Positions 1-10,236 are shown, counted from the first letter of the stretch. The stretch: 64,000 nt of DNA from Elusimicrobiota bacterium (GCA_044450965.1 JBIOJO010000013.1:1853-65852); one strand, 5' to 3'. Made by a program: numbers and translations. Notes: a model not told the origin generated them from the sequence alone.

Positions 1-10
1 CAGGCCGATG

Positions 11-463
11 TTAGCCACCAACTAGCCGCCGTGTACTTCTGAGCTCCTTACGCGCGTCATGCGGTGCTACGAAAATTGTCTCTACTGCTTTGAAATGTTT
101 TCCATGCTTTGAGACTACGTGCACTTCAAAACGAATTTCTTGACCGTTCGACAGCTTCCCATTTACAAATCCCTCCTTCGTCCCGGGGAGCAGTTCCAAC
201 CTCAACTCGGCTTCTCGAAGAACTACAGATCGAAAGCCGTGCTTCTCCAGTTGGTCCTGGAATTTAAGGCATGCAAGTCTCATTGCCTCATCTTTTTCTT
301 TGGAACTTGGCGTGCCCGCAGCCGCTGCGAGCAAGTTGATCTTTGTTCCGTCGAGATCTTTCAGGATCAAACCAAAGAGCCAATAACCATCGAAATCCGA
401 ATGCCGGCTTGTAAACGTCCCGAGAAAACCCCGCAGGACGCTCTTCAATAATTTCTCTGTCAT
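11..463 (-). CDS. hypothetical protein (150 aa), in low-GC segment at window start
   Basis: ORF in AT-richer region (1-1500) compared with the rest of the window; no recognisable motif. Confidence 0.35.
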   Translation of the reverse strand: MTEKLLKSVLRGFLGTFTSRHSDFDGYWLFGLILKDLDGTKINLLAAAAGTPSSKEKDEAMRLACLKFQDQLEKHGFRSVVLREAELRLELLPGTKEGFVNGKLSNGQEIRFEVHVVSKHGKHFKAVETIFVAPHDARKELRSTRRLVGG

Positions 464-562
464 AATGCGTGGCTAACGAATCGCTCTGCCGCCCGTGTTA
501 TGGAATTCCTTACCGATACGCGCCGGCAGAAGCGCGTGGCTAGACCTCACGAGCCCCATTTG

Positions 563-1468
563 TTACCACTCTTCATCATAGACATACCATCCATCCCCAA
601 TCGGGAAATATGTGCGATAAGGCCAGCCTTTAACCGACTTGGGCAAATCAATCGGCGACCATAGGTATCCTCGATTATTTTCGGTTGTTGCCAGTCTGGT
701 TGAGTCAAATATTAGCGCAACGGAGCCGTACCCGGTCTCATTGTTAAGCCAGATGGCTTTAATGCCTGCAGGCCTGCCGATTGACTCGTAGAGTAAATGT
801 CGCTGATCTTGGATCGAAGGATCTTTTACTCTAAAGAACATCCCTGAACCGTCCCCAATAGTAACACGACCCACATTGTCTTCCTTTATCATTCTTACGA
901 GTTCCGCGTAGTCGGCTTTATGGTGAGAAAATGCTTTCGCTAAGTAGACATCCGAATCAACCCAAACAGCCCAGGACCGTAGAATCGGCAGCGCCGTGAT
1001 AACAACGAGCAGGATCGCTAATCGCCAGCCGTGTGCCCAATGAAATGGCTTCTCTTCGAAGACCTCGCGAAGTCCGAGAATTCCGATGCACAGAACGCCC
1101 AGAAGCAACGGCAAAACTATTGTAAGAAGCCCAAAATTGAAACGCATTGGCCAAAGGCACCACCAATATAAAATGATGTGCAGAAATATTAATGAACTGC
1201 CACCGAAATACCGGGCTGCGGGAGAGATATCTCTCGTCCTTACCCGCCCCGCAAACCAAAGAGCCGAAGATAGAAGTGCTACAAGGAAGCCCCGGCCTTG
1301 AAAAACCAGCGTGAGGAACGCCGTGCCCGCTATCCAGATAAATCCAGCACGAATAAATTGTTGCATAGCGGTTGGGAGGTCTAACTTTGAATTCGACTGA
1401 TCCGTATAACTCGGAGCCGAGAGCAAGTCATTTCGCGAATTGTAACAGGGAAACCAGTGCTTTGCCAT
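563..1468 (-). CDS. hypothetical membrane protein: about 5 N-terminal TM helices plus a C-terminal soluble domain
   Basis: Hydrophobic segments in the N-terminal 170 aa, W/Y/G-rich soluble C-terminus; low-GC region. Confidence 0.4.
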   Translation of the reverse strand: MAKHWFPCYNSRNDLLSAPSYTDQSNSKLDLPTAMQQFIRAGFIWIAGTAFLTLVFQGRGFLVALLSSALWFAGRVRTRDISPAARYFGGSSLIFLHIILYWWCLWPMRFNFGLLTIVLPLLLGVLCIGILGLREVFEEKPFHWAHGWRLAILLVVITALPILRSWAVWVDSDVYLAKAFSHHKADYAELVRMIKEDNVGRVTIGDGSGMFFRVKDPSIQDQRHLLYESIGRPAGIKAIWLNNETGYGSVALIFDSTRLATTENNRGYLWSPIDLPKSVKGWPYRTYFPIGDGWYVYDEEW

Positions 1469-1501
1469 GGCAGGAGAGCCGTATCGAAACCGGGAAAGGC
1501 C

Positions 1502-1537
1502 GACCAGACTGGTCCGTATAGCTCAGGAGCGGACCAG
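1502..1537 (+). promoter_or_regulatory. Overlapping alternative hairpins built from three copies of GACCAG/CTGGTC in the 5' leader of the cld-like gene
   Basis: GACCAGaCTGGTC (6-bp stem) shares CTGGTC with CTGGTCCG-13nt-CGGACCAG (8-bp stem); the two structures are mutually exclusive. Confidence 0.3.
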
Positions 1538-1581
1538 TGGGCACCTCGACACCCCCCGACGGTAAAAAGTAGAATCATCCC

Positions 1582-2355
1582 GTGACCCAGCCCAACCATC
1601 CCTCCGCTCCCTCTCATTCTCACGCCCCCGCCGAAACGCCCGCGCTCGACCTTCGCGAGAAGGGCGGCGCCAAGGACGGCGTTCCTCAGACGTCCGACCG
1701 CCGCCTGTTCATGCAGTTGACCGCCTTCAGCGGCTGCCGCGACGCGCACAAGCTGATTAACTCTTTAATAGGCACCGGCGTGGACTGCGTGCTGTACGAA
1801 GAGCTCAACGATCCGACCGGCGTCGCGGTGCTGGCCATGTCCGAGGACCCCAATCTTCTCATCACCAAGCTGCGCCACGACCTCAACGGCGGCCCGTTCG
1901 CCGACTTGAAGGTCAAGCCCGAGTTCTCCATGCTGGGCCGCACCTACTCCCTGGGCTATGAGCCCAAGCTGGAGGACTGGCTCCTGCACCGCCCCCGCCG
2001 CGTGGTCTCCGACCCCGCCACCCCGTGGGCGATCTGGTACCCGCTGCGCCGCACCGGCGCGTTCTCCCGCCTGCCCAAGCCCGAGCAGGGCCAGATCCTG
2101 AAAGAGCACGGCATCATCGGCCGCCAGTTCGGCGACGCCGGCGTGGCCACCGACGTGCGCCTGGCCTGCCACGGCCTGGACAAGAACGACAACGACTTCG
2201 TGATCGGCCTGCTGGGCAAGGAACTGTTCCCGCTGTCCGCGTTGGTCGAGACCATGCGCCCCACCGTGCAGACCTCGCAGTACATCCAGAACCTCGGCCC
2301 CTTCTTCGTGGGCCGCGCGATCTGGCACACCCCCCAGAAGGAGGCCGCCAAGTGA
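1582..2355 (+). CDS. chlorite dismutase family protein (Cld/HemQ-like, heme-binding) with a low-complexity N-terminal extension
   Basis: About 210-aa core with the general look of the Cld/HemQ ferredoxin-like fold (IWYPLRRTGAFSRLP..GIIGRQFGD); adjacent to a DUF420 gene. Confidence 0.45.
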   Translation: MTQPNHPSAPSHSHAPAETPALDLREKGGAKDGVPQTSDRRLFMQLTAFSGCRDAHKLINSLIGTGVDCVLYEELNDPTGVAVLAMSEDPNLLITKLRHDLNGGPFADLKVKPEFSMLGRTYSLGYEPKLEDWLLHRPRRVVSDPATPWAIWYPLRRTGAFSRLPKPEQGQILKEHGIIGRQFGDAGVATDVRLACHGLDKNDNDFVIGLLGKELFPLSALVETMRPTVQTSQYIQNLGPFFVGRAIWHTPQKEAAK

Positions 2356-2753
2356 CCAAGAAATTCCGCGTCGCCATGTCGGAGCGCTGCTTCCGCTTCA
2401 AGCCCGACGCTCTCCCGTCCCACGCCCCGCACAAGCCCGGCGTGTACGAGTTCGTGACCTTCGACGCCCAGAAGAACCCCGTCGTCCTGTACGTCGGCGT
2501 GGCCATGGACAAGGCCATCTACCAGGCCCTCGACGACCACTGGAACGACAAGGCCAAGCCCGGCCGCACCGAGCTGTTCGCTGCCGCCCCCGACATCTAC
2601 TTCGACTACGTGGCCTCGGCCGACATCGCCGACATCGAGGAGCTCAAGGACATCGCGGGCTCCTTCATCGCCCGGCATAAGCCCAAGTTCAACACCGGCC
2701 CCGCGCCCACGTCCGGCAAGCACGCCGCCGTCGAGGTCGAAGAGGTCGGGTGA
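2352..2753 (+). CDS. GIY-YIG-like domain protein (about 133 aa)
   Basis: KPGVYEF...VLYVGVA resembles the GIY-YIG motif pair; GTG start overlaps the upstream stop (GTGA). Confidence 0.4.
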   Translation: MTKKFRVAMSERCFRFKPDALPSHAPHKPGVYEFVTFDAQKNPVVLYVGVAMDKAIYQALDDHWNDKAKPGRTELFAAAPDIYFDYVASADIADIEELKDIAGSFIARHKPKFNTGPAPTSGKHAAVEVEEVG

Positions 2754-3166
2754 TCCCGCTCGAGTCGTTTCCGGGTCTTAACGCGTCGTTAAACGCCACC
2801 ACGGCCGTTTTACTTTTGACCGGCTGGTTCCTGATCCGGGCGGGGAAACGCGAGGCGCACCGCTGGACCATGGTGACCGCGTTCTGCGTCTCCGCCGTGT
2901 TCCTGGCGTGCTACCTGTGGTACCACGCCCACCACGGCGTCACCCATTATCAGAAGACCGGCCTGATGAGGACCGTGTACTTCACCATCCTGGGCACGCA
3001 CACCGTTCTGGCCGTGCTGGTCCTGCCCATCATCCTGCGAACCTTGTACTTGGCGGCGACGGAGCGGTTCGAGGAGCACCGCCGGGCGGCCCGCTGGGCC
3101 TTCCCCATCTGGCTGTACGTCTCCGTCACCGGCGTGCTGGTGTACTGGATCCTGTACCGGCTTTAA
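2750..3166 (+). CDS. DUF420-like 4-TM membrane protein (YozB/CtaM-like, associated with heme-copper oxidases)
   Basis: 138 aa, four TM helices, conserved His residues; GTGA overlap with the upstream gene. Confidence 0.5.
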   Translation: MIPLESFPGLNASLNATTAVLLLTGWFLIRAGKREAHRWTMVTAFCVSAVFLACYLWYHAHHGVTHYQKTGLMRTVYFTILGTHTVLAVLVLPIILRTLYLAATERFEEHRRAARWAFPIWLYVSVTGVLVYWILYRL

Positions 3167-3173
3167 GCCGCGG

Positions 3174-4004
3174 TCACGACGCGCGCGGCTTGCGCGCCGC
3201 CAGTTCCAGGAAGTACTTGGTCATGCAACCCGCGGCCCACGCCGTGACCATGAACTGGAGCGCGTTGAAGACCAGCCCCGAGAGCAGGGCCCCGGCGGCA
3301 CCGGCGCCCGCCGCGGCGGAGCCCGCGCGCAGGACGACGTTCACGATCACCGCGGGAATCATCCCGACCAGAGCCGCTGCGATCAGCGCGGCCATGAAGA
3401 CCACGGTCTCGCCGAAGCTCCCGCCGACCAGCTCCCAGCTGCGGGAGAGGCCTTCCCGGGCGCTCAGGTCCTCCACCAAGGTCGCGCAGACGGCCAGGCT
3501 CAGGCGCACGAAGAGGTAAATGCCCGGGATGACGAAGAGAATGAAGCCGAACCCCAGAGCCGCGCCGATCATCGCCGACGCCAGCAGGACGCTTCCCATC
3601 CGGCCCAGCGCCTCGACGAACAGGTCCGTGACCGACGAGGATTCGCCGCGCAGCGCGCGCGCCGCAAGCAGGATGGTCGCGGCGTAGCCGATCAGGCCCA
3701 GCGCCATCGCCACCAGCGCCACGATGGCCAGCATGCCCAGCGCGGGCCAGTTCTGCCCGCTGATGGCGTCCTTGACGGCGTTCTGGTCGGTCAGGCCCGT
3801 GATCAGGCCCACGACGAAGCCCAGGAGCTGGGAGGGAAGCGAGCACAGGGCCCACAGGCCCAGCAGGACTCCCGCGTTGTCCAAAGTCGCGTTGGTGGCG
3901 GCGGAGAATATCCCGCCGAGGCCCGGCATGGCGGCGGACGGCGCGGGTGAGGCGGGGGCTTGTTCCATGACGGCAAGCGTAGCGGGACTGCGCCCGCGCG
4001 TCAA
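3174..4004 (-). CDS. hypothetical Gly/Ala-rich polytopic membrane protein
   Basis: Multiple hydrophobic helices; no recognised motif. Confidence 0.4.
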   Translation of the reverse strand: MTRGRSPATLAVMEQAPASPAPSAAMPGLGGIFSAATNATLDNAGVLLGLWALCSLPSQLLGFVVGLITGLTDQNAVKDAISGQNWPALGMLAIVALVAMALGLIGYAATILLAARALRGESSSVTDLFVEALGRMGSVLLASAMIGAALGFGFILFVIPGIYLFVRLSLAVCATLVEDLSAREGLSRSWELVGGSFGETVVFMAALIAAALVGMIPAVIVNVVLRAGSAAAGAGAAGALLSGLVFNALQFMVTAWAAGCMTKYFLELAARKPRAS

Positions 4005-4010
4005 GGGGTG

Positions 4011-4610
4011 CTAAGGCGCGGAGCGTGCCGCCGTGGGTGAAGCCGGGGCGTAGAGCGCCTTCAGGAAGTTCTTGTCGTCCTGCCATGCGGCCTCGGCGTC
4101 GGCCGCGAAGTCGGAGCGAGTGCGCTCCTGCGCGGCGGCGAACTGGTTCCAGCGCGCCTCGCGCGCGGCGAAGAACTCCTGCATCTTCTGCTTCTGTTGC
4201 GTCTCGAAGGACTTCACCATGGTGCCGCGCAGCCGCTCGTAATCCGCGACCGTGGACGCGTGGTCTTTCGGGTCCAAGGTTTCCAGGGTGGAGAAGAGGT
4301 CCACCGCCTGACGGGCGGTGCGCAGCTCGAAGGTCTTGCGCGCGTCGCGGTCCTTGCCCCAGAACTCCTCCCAAAGCAAGGTCTCGCGGGAGGAAAACTC
4401 CAAGCGCGCGGCGTACGCCTCCTGCAGCTTCTTGGTGCGCTGGGCCAGGTACGCCTCCACGCGCTTCTTGCCGTCCTCCGCGGCGGTCTTGACGGCGGCC
4501 GGGGCCTCGTCGGCGGGGGGCGCCTCGGTTTTCTTCCTCGAGGACGACGGGGCGGCGGCGGCCGCGGACGCCAGGCACAACAGGCAGAGGGAGACGCGCG
4601 TGATATTCAT
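4011..4610 (-). CDS. hypothetical secreted protein (signal peptide, coiled-coil rich)
   Basis: N-terminus MNITRVSLCLLCLASAAAAA is a signal peptide; charged helical remainder. Confidence 0.4.
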   Translation of the reverse strand: MNITRVSLCLLCLASAAAAAPSSSRKKTEAPPADEAPAAVKTAAEDGKKRVEAYLAQRTKKLQEAYAARLEFSSRETLLWEEFWGKDRDARKTFELRTARQAVDLFSTLETLDPKDHASTVADYERLRGTMVKSFETQQKQKMQEFFAAREARWNQFAAAQERTRSDFAADAEAAWQDDKNFLKALYAPASPTAARSAP

Positions 4611-4681
4611 TCCATGACCTCGGTTCACGGTCGGAGTGTAGCCGCGGTCTTCGCGCCTGTCAATGGCGACGGCGGGGAGGC

Positions 4682-5002
4682 CTAGACCGAGAACGACTTG
4701 CCGCAGGAGCAGGAGGAGACGGCCTGCGGGTTCTTCACCACGAAGCCCGAGGCCATCAGGCTTTCCGCGTAGTCCACCACGGAACCGCCGATGAAGAAGT
4801 CGGCCTTCGGGTCCACGACGGTCTTGGCTCCGAACGCCTCGAAGACGGCGTCGTCGGGATTGAGCACGTCGGAGACCTCGAACTCGTAGCTCATGCCGGA
4901 ACAGCCGCCCGCGCCCACCTTCACGCGCAGAACCGGCGCCTGGCCCTTCTTCTCGGCCAGAGCCTTGATCTTCTTGGCGGCGTTTTCGGTCAGAGTGATC
5001 AT
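4682..5002 (-). CDS. Fe-S cluster insertion protein, HesB/IscA/ErpA family
   Basis: 106 aa; Cys in GAGGCSG plus C-terminal SCSCGKSF (C-x-C) signature of A-type carriers. Confidence 0.8.
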   Translation of the reverse strand: MITLTENAAKKIKALAEKKGQAPVLRVKVGAGGCSGMSYEFEVSDVLNPDDAVFEAFGAKTVVDPKADFFIGGSVVDYAESLMASGFVVKNPQAVSSCSCGKSFSV

Positions 5003-5006
5003 GATC

Positions 5007-5330
5007 TTAGAACTGCTTCGATTTCCCGCAGCCGCAGGAGCCCTTTTCCAGCGGGTTCTTGATGCGGAAGCCGGAGCTGGTCTCGTCCTCGGCGTAATCG
5101 ATGGTGGCCTGCTCGACGAGGGGGTAGGTCTCGGGGTCGACGATGATGTCGAAGCCGCTCTGCGGGAGGATCTTGTCGGCCGCGCCCTTGTCGTCGAAGG
5201 CGATCTTGTACTCGTAGCCGGCGCAGCCGGACGGGGAGACCTTGATGCGCAGGGACTTGCCCTGCAGCGAATCCTCGGCCTTGATGAAATCCTTGATCTT
5301 ATCGGCGGCGTTGGGGGTGACGGTCAGCAT
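5007..5330 (-). CDS. Fe-S cluster insertion protein, HesB/IscA family (tandem paralog)
   Basis: 107 aa; PSGCAGY plus C-terminal GSCGCGKS motif. Confidence 0.8.
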   Translation of the reverse strand: MLTVTPNAADKIKDFIKAEDSLQGKSLRIKVSPSGCAGYEYKIAFDDKGAADKILPQSGFDIIVDPETYPLVEQATIDYAEDETSSGFRIKNPLEKGSCGCGKSKQF

Positions 5331-5475
5331 GGGAGGGTTCCTTCCTTATTGATACCGGACTTCAATAACAGTATACCCTGTCGACGGGGCGGCGTCAAGG
5401 CGGGCGGATGTAATATCATCGGGGAGTCCGGCACGGATAAAGGACGGAAGATAATAGTTCTCCAGGAGACACGGC

Positions 5476-6132
5476 ATGGCCAAGCTTCTCGCCCTCGCGC
5501 TCGTCCTCGCTTCCACGCCCGCTTTCGCGGCGGACGCCGTATTGGTGAAGCTCAGCGGCCCGGTCTTCATCCGCGCGGGCGGAGCGCCGAAGGACATCCG
5601 CGCCAAAGGCGGCGAGGAGCTGATTTATGGGGACGCGGTCCGGACCGGCCCCGGGGCCGTCGCCCAGATCGAACTGACCGGCCGCGGCGCGGTGCTGGTG
5701 CGCGAGAATTCCGCGTTCATCCTGCAGGGCGACCCGCAGATGACCTTGCTCAACTTCAAGTTCGGCGAGTTTTTGATCGGCCTGCGCAAGGCGCTGACGT
5801 CCGGGGAGAGCTTCCGCGTTCGCACGCCGGCGGCCGTGGCCGCCGTGCGGGGCACTTTGTTTTGGGGCAAGAGCGACGAGAAGAAGACCACCACGTATGC
5901 GGGCCTGGAGCACGTGATCGCCGTGACCGCGAAAGGAAAAACCGTCCTGATTCCGGCGGGGCTCACCACGACCGTCGCCTACGGCGAACCGCCGTCCGAT
6001 CCGAAGCCCCACGATATCGCCAAGTCCTATTTGAACAATTTCGCCGTGGACGGAGACATATTGGGCCTGGGCGATCTGCTTGAGGCCCCGAAGCCGGACG
6101 TCCCCAAAGCGCCCCCTGCCCCCAAGAAATAG
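5476..6132 (+). CDS. secreted FecR-domain protein
   Basis: Signal peptide; RTPAAVAAVRGTLFW matches the FecR-domain core; paralog at 47939..48532. Confidence 0.5.
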   Translation: MAKLLALALVLASTPAFAADAVLVKLSGPVFIRAGGAPKDIRAKGGEELIYGDAVRTGPGAVAQIELTGRGAVLVRENSAFILQGDPQMTLLNFKFGEFLIGLRKALTSGESFRVRTPAAVAAVRGTLFWGKSDEKKTTTYAGLEHVIAVTAKGKTVLIPAGLTTTVAYGEPPSDPKPHDIAKSYLNNFAVDGDILGLGDLLEAPKPDVPKAPPAPKK

Positions 6133-6270
6133 GCGGTCGTCTCTGGACTTGGCGGGGGCAAGAAAAGTATCCTTTTCTCGACGGGGAGAAGGCCCGAAGA
6201 CGGCGATCAAAGTCGTCCCGGGAAAGGCCCCGTCGGAACGCCGAGACATCACCATGGAGAGAATAACCCT

Positions 6271-8454
6271 ATGGCCCACCATCGACACGGAGCCCTTGAG
6301 ATGACCACCACCCAGCCCCAGACGACCTCCCCGTCCTCCGCCCCCATCGCGCCGAAGGTGTCCGAATACTACGGCTGCAACGTGTTCGGCGTGGAGACGA
6401 TGAAGCTGCTTCTGCCGAAGGAGACCTTCCGCAAGGTCCAGGACGCGATCGAGAAAGGCGAGCGCCTCGACATCGACGCCGCCAACGCCGTCGCCTCCGC
6501 GATGAAGACGTGGGCCATCCAGAAGGGCGCCACCCATTATTGCCACTGGTTCCAGCCGCTGACCGGGACCACCGCCGAGAAGCACGACGCGTTCTTCGAC
6601 ATCACCGGCCCCGGCTCGGTTCTCGAGACCTTCACCGGCCAGATGCTGGTGCAGGCCGAGCCCGACGCCTCCTCGTTCCCGTCCGGCGGCCTGCGCGCCA
6701 CGTTCGAGGCCCGCGGCTACACCGCGTGGGACCCGACGTCGCCCGCGTTCATCCTGGAGTCTACGGGTGGGAACACTTTGTGCATCCCGACCTGCTTCGT
6801 GTCCTACACCGGCCACGCGCTGGACACCAAGACCCCGCTGCTGCGCTCTATCGAGGCGCTCAACAACGCGGCGCTGGGCATCCTGGCCTACTTCAAGAGC
6901 GACGCGAAGAAGGTGGTCTCCACCCTCGGCGCGGAGCAGGAGTACTTCCTGATCGACCAGGAGTACTTCGACGCGCGCCCCGACCTGCTCCTGTCGGGCC
7001 GCACCTTGTTCGGCGCGGCGTCCCCGAAGGGCCAGCAGCTCGAGGACCACTACTTCGGCTCCATCAAGGACCGCGTGTTCGCGTACATGACCGACATGGA
7101 GAGCGAGCTGTACAAGCTGGGCGTTCCCCTGAAGACGCGCCACAACGAGGTCGCCCCGCACCAGTTCGAGTGCGCGCCGATCTTCGAGGAGGCGAACGTC
7201 GCCGTCGACCACAACCAGCTGGTCATGGACGTGATGAAGCGCGTCGCGGTGCGCCACGGCCTGGCCGCCCTCACCTACGAGAAGCCCTTCGCGGGCGTCA
7301 ACGGGTCGGGCAAGCACAACAACTGGTCGTTGGGCACGGACACGGGCAAGAACCTGCTGTCTCCCGGCGCCACGCCGCAGGAGAACCTGCAGTTCCTGAT
7401 CATCCTGGTCAGCATCATCAAGGCGGTCCACGAGCACAGCCTGCTGCTGCGCGCGTCCATCGCCTCCTCGGGTAACGACCACCGCCTGGGCGCCAACGAG
7501 GCCCCGCCGGCGATCATGTCGGTGTTCCTGGGCGAGCAGCTGACGAACGTCCTCAACGACCTGGAAAAGGGCGTGACGACCAAGCAGCTGGACCCGATGT
7601 GGATCCCGTTCGGCATCGACAAGATCCCGCCGGTGCTCAAGGACAACACGGACCGCAACCGGACCTCGCCGTTCGCCTTCACGGGCAACAAGTTCGAGTT
7701 CCGCGCGGTCGGCGCGTCCGCCAACAACGCCATTCCGATCACGACGGTCAACACCATCGTGGCGGGCCAGCTGATCGAGACGAAGAAGCTGATCGACGCG
7801 GCCATGAAGGGCGGCAAGCCTTTCAAGGACGCGGCCACCGAGGTGCTGCGCAAGCTCTACAAGGAGTCGAAGGCCGTCTGCTTCGAGGGCAACAACTACT
7901 CCGAGGAGTGGGTGAAGGAGGCCAAGAAGCGCGGCCTGCCCAACGAGAAGACCACGCCCGCGGCGCTGAAGGGCTTCAACCTGAAGAAGTCCGTCGAGCT
8001 GTTCGCGAAGCTGAAGGTCCTCACCGACGAGGAGTCGCACTCCCGCTACCACATCCTGCTGGAGAAGTACGCCAAGGACCTGCACATCGAGGCGAAGCTG
8101 GTGTCCGAGATGGCGACGACCTTGTTCGTCCCGGCGGCGCTCGAGTACCAGAACCAGATCGGCTCGGCCTTGCTCGCGCAGAAGGCCGCGGGCGTGAAGG
8201 CTCCGGCTCAGGCGTCGTTGCTGCGCTCGGTCTCCGACCGGGTGGAGGGCGTCCTCAAGAACGTCGAGGCCCTGGAAGGGGTGCTGTGCGACGCGGAGGC
8301 GGTGGAGGACGTGGAGAAGAAGGCCTTCGCGTACTGCGAGAAGGTGAAGCCGTACTTCGACAAGATCCGGACCGACGTGGACGCGCTGGAGCTGCTGATG
8401 CCGGCGTCCTCCTGGCCCGTGCCGAAGTACCGCGAGATGCTGTTCCTGATGTAA
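6271..8454 (+). CDS. glnN: glutamine synthetase type III
   Basis: 727 aa; N-terminal KVSEYYGCNVFGVETMK...HYCHWFQPLTG and overall length typical of GSIII. Confidence 0.85.
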   Translation: MAHHRHGALEMTTTQPQTTSPSSAPIAPKVSEYYGCNVFGVETMKLLLPKETFRKVQDAIEKGERLDIDAANAVASAMKTWAIQKGATHYCHWFQPLTGTTAEKHDAFFDITGPGSVLETFTGQMLVQAEPDASSFPSGGLRATFEARGYTAWDPTSPAFILESTGGNTLCIPTCFVSYTGHALDTKTPLLRSIEALNNAALGILAYFKSDAKKVVSTLGAEQEYFLIDQEYFDARPDLLLSGRTLFGAASPKGQQLEDHYFGSIKDRVFAYMTDMESELYKLGVPLKTRHNEVAPHQFECAPIFEEANVAVDHNQLVMDVMKRVAVRHGLAALTYEKPFAGVNGSGKHNNWSLGTDTGKNLLSPGATPQENLQFLIILVSIIKAVHEHSLLLRASIASSGNDHRLGANEAPPAIMSVFLGEQLTNVLNDLEKGVTTKQLDPMWIPFGIDKIPPVLKDNTDRNRTSPFAFTGNKFEFRAVGASANNAIPITTVNTIVAGQLIETKKLIDAAMKGGKPFKDAATEVLRKLYKESKAVCFEGNNYSEEWVKEAKKRGLPNEKTTPAALKGFNLKKSVELFAKLKVLTDEESHSRYHILLEKYAKDLHIEAKLVSEMATTLFVPAALEYQNQIGSALLAQKAAGVKAPAQASLLRSVSDRVEGVLKNVEALEGVLCDAEAVEDVEKKAFAYCEKVKPYFDKIRTDVDALELLMPASSWPVPKYREMLFLM

Positions 8455-8467
8455 AAGGAGTTTTATC

Positions 8468-9547
<1,080 letters not shown>

Positions 9548-9551
9548 TATT

Positions 9552-9616
9552 GGGGTCAGGCTTCAACTAATCAACTTATTCGGAAAAATAAGTTGATTGA
9601 GTTGAAGCCTGACACC
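9552..9616. repeat. Long AT-rich near-perfect palindrome (27-28 bp arms, 9-nt loop) with GGTCAGGCTT termini
   Basis: GGGGTCAGGCTTCAACTAATCAACTTATT cggaaaaat AATAAGTTGATTGAGTTGAAGCCTGACACC; arms are complementary with one bulge; related element at 56633..56711. Confidence 0.6.
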
Positions 9617-9631
9617 CTCCCAGGAGATAAC

Positions 9632-10117
9632 ATGACCACCGCCACCGCTACCCCCGAGACCACGCCGATCGCCGTCGGAGCCGTCGCCCCCGATTTCAAG
9701 CTGCCGGATTCGGAGAAGAAGGAGTGGACGCTCTCCGAGTTCAAGGGCAAGAAGCCCGTCGCCCTGTTCTTCTACCCGCTGGACTTCTCCCCGACCTGCT
9801 CCAAGGAGAACGTCTGCTTCTCCCAGGACCTGTCCCGCTACGAGCAGTTCGCGCAGGTGTTCGGCATCTCCGTGGACTCCGTCTGGGCGCACAAGGCCTA
9901 CAAGGCCGCCAACGGCCTGAAGCACACGCTCTTGGCCGACATGCACCGCTCCGCGATCAAGGCCTACGGCCTGTTCCTGCCCGCCGCGAACATCTCCCAG
10001 CGCGCCACCGTCCTGATCAACAAGGACGGCAAGGTGGCGTGGGTGAAGGTCGAGGCCGACATCACCAAGGAGCGCGACTACAAGGAGCTGGAAGCCCAGC
10101 TCGCGAAGCTCGCCTAA
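9632..10117 (+). CDS. peroxiredoxin (AhpC/TSA family, 1-Cys/Prx-type)
   Basis: FKGKKPVALFFYPLDFSPTCSKE peroxidatic Cys motif; AGGAGA RBS. Confidence 0.85.
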   Translation: MTTATATPETTPIAVGAVAPDFKLPDSEKKEWTLSEFKGKKPVALFFYPLDFSPTCSKENVCFSQDLSRYEQFAQVFGISVDSVWAHKAYKAANGLKHTLLADMHRSAIKAYGLFLPAANISQRATVLINKDGKVAWVKVEADITKERDYKELEAQLAKLA

Positions 10118-10142
10118 GAATCACGACGAGTCGCAAAGGAAA

Positions 10143-10179
10143 GCGCCCTCGGCCGAAAGGCCGGGGGCGCTTCGTTTTC
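10143..10179 (+). terminator. Rho-independent terminator after prx
   Basis: GCGCCCTCGGCC gaaa GGCCGGGGGCGC stem followed by TTCGTTTTCG. Confidence 0.55.
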
Positions 10180-10236
10180 GGCGATTGCGTTTTGCGGAGT
10201 TCACTGTTGTCAACAACAGTGGAATTGATGGAAACG

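Noticed and set aside
1510-1530. TAGCTCAG tRNA D-loop-like sequence
   Set aside because: It is the loop of a simple 8-bp hairpin; no acceptor, anticodon or T arms can be built around it.
3163-4578. 471-aa minus-strand ORF
   Set aside because: Alternative-frame artefact overlapping the membrane-protein and secreted-protein genes.
6133-6270. Sigma-54 (TGGCAC-N5-TTGC) promoter upstream of glnN
   Set aside because: No acceptable -24/-12 match found by eye.
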